From a virus, in the IMG/VR virus record IMGVR_UViG_3300036985_004568, positions 31,375-95,374 of that record: 64,000 nt of DNA; one strand, given 5' to 3'. The notes under the pieces were generated by a model. It was given only the letters and a program-made list of their open reading frames with translations, did not search any database and was not told the origin of the DNA. Below, piece by piece: positions 63,990 to 64,000 of this stretch (its first letter is position 1; every line of letters starts with the position of its first letter). A program made the translations under genes and the position numbers.

Positions 63990-64000
63990 TGATGTTCGGA

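Overview
A 64 kb AT-rich segment of a large tailed dsDNA bacteriophage. Gene-dense, translationally coupled, AGGAGG-type RBS, apparently standard code 11. No rRNA, tRNA, CRISPR or integrase was recognised. All calls come from motif recognition by eye; no searches were run. (1) 1-19.4 kb (+) covers replication, recombination and nucleotide metabolism: DnaB-like helicase (5' partial), HD hydrolase, methyltransferase, UDG-PolA fusion, RecA, ClpP, SbcD/SbcC, RuvC and a PD-(D/E)xK resolvase, a metallophosphoesterase, DeoC, an intein-containing NDT-like N-glycosidase, a dATP/dGTP diphosphohydrolase-like protein, and an apparent sigma factor split into separate region-2 and region-4 genes. (2) 19.3-26.5 kb (+) holds TerS, intein-containing TerL, portal and fibre/Ig genes. 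(3) 26.4-54.7 kb (-) is the rest of the morphogenesis operon in opposite orientation: collagen and lectin-like fibres, protease-scaffold, MCP, a GT9 glycosyltransferase and a degenerate nucleotidyltransferase between capsid and neck genes, then neck, tail, tape measure and tail tip. (4) 54.7-55.6 kb is non-coding, with a structured leader, a GGTACCT cluster and a sigma70 promoter. (5) 55.6-64 kb (+) holds early genes, including a MoxR-type AAA+/metallopeptidase-VWA pair and small proteins with a shared C-terminal tail. Best candidates for undescribed systems: the split sigma with a -10-only late motif GTTTTCAAT; a dNTP to dNMP to base + deoxyribose-5-P to DeoC catabolic route; a C-terminal tag shared by unrelated early proteins near MoxR/VWA; and a capsid-operon glycosylation cassette.
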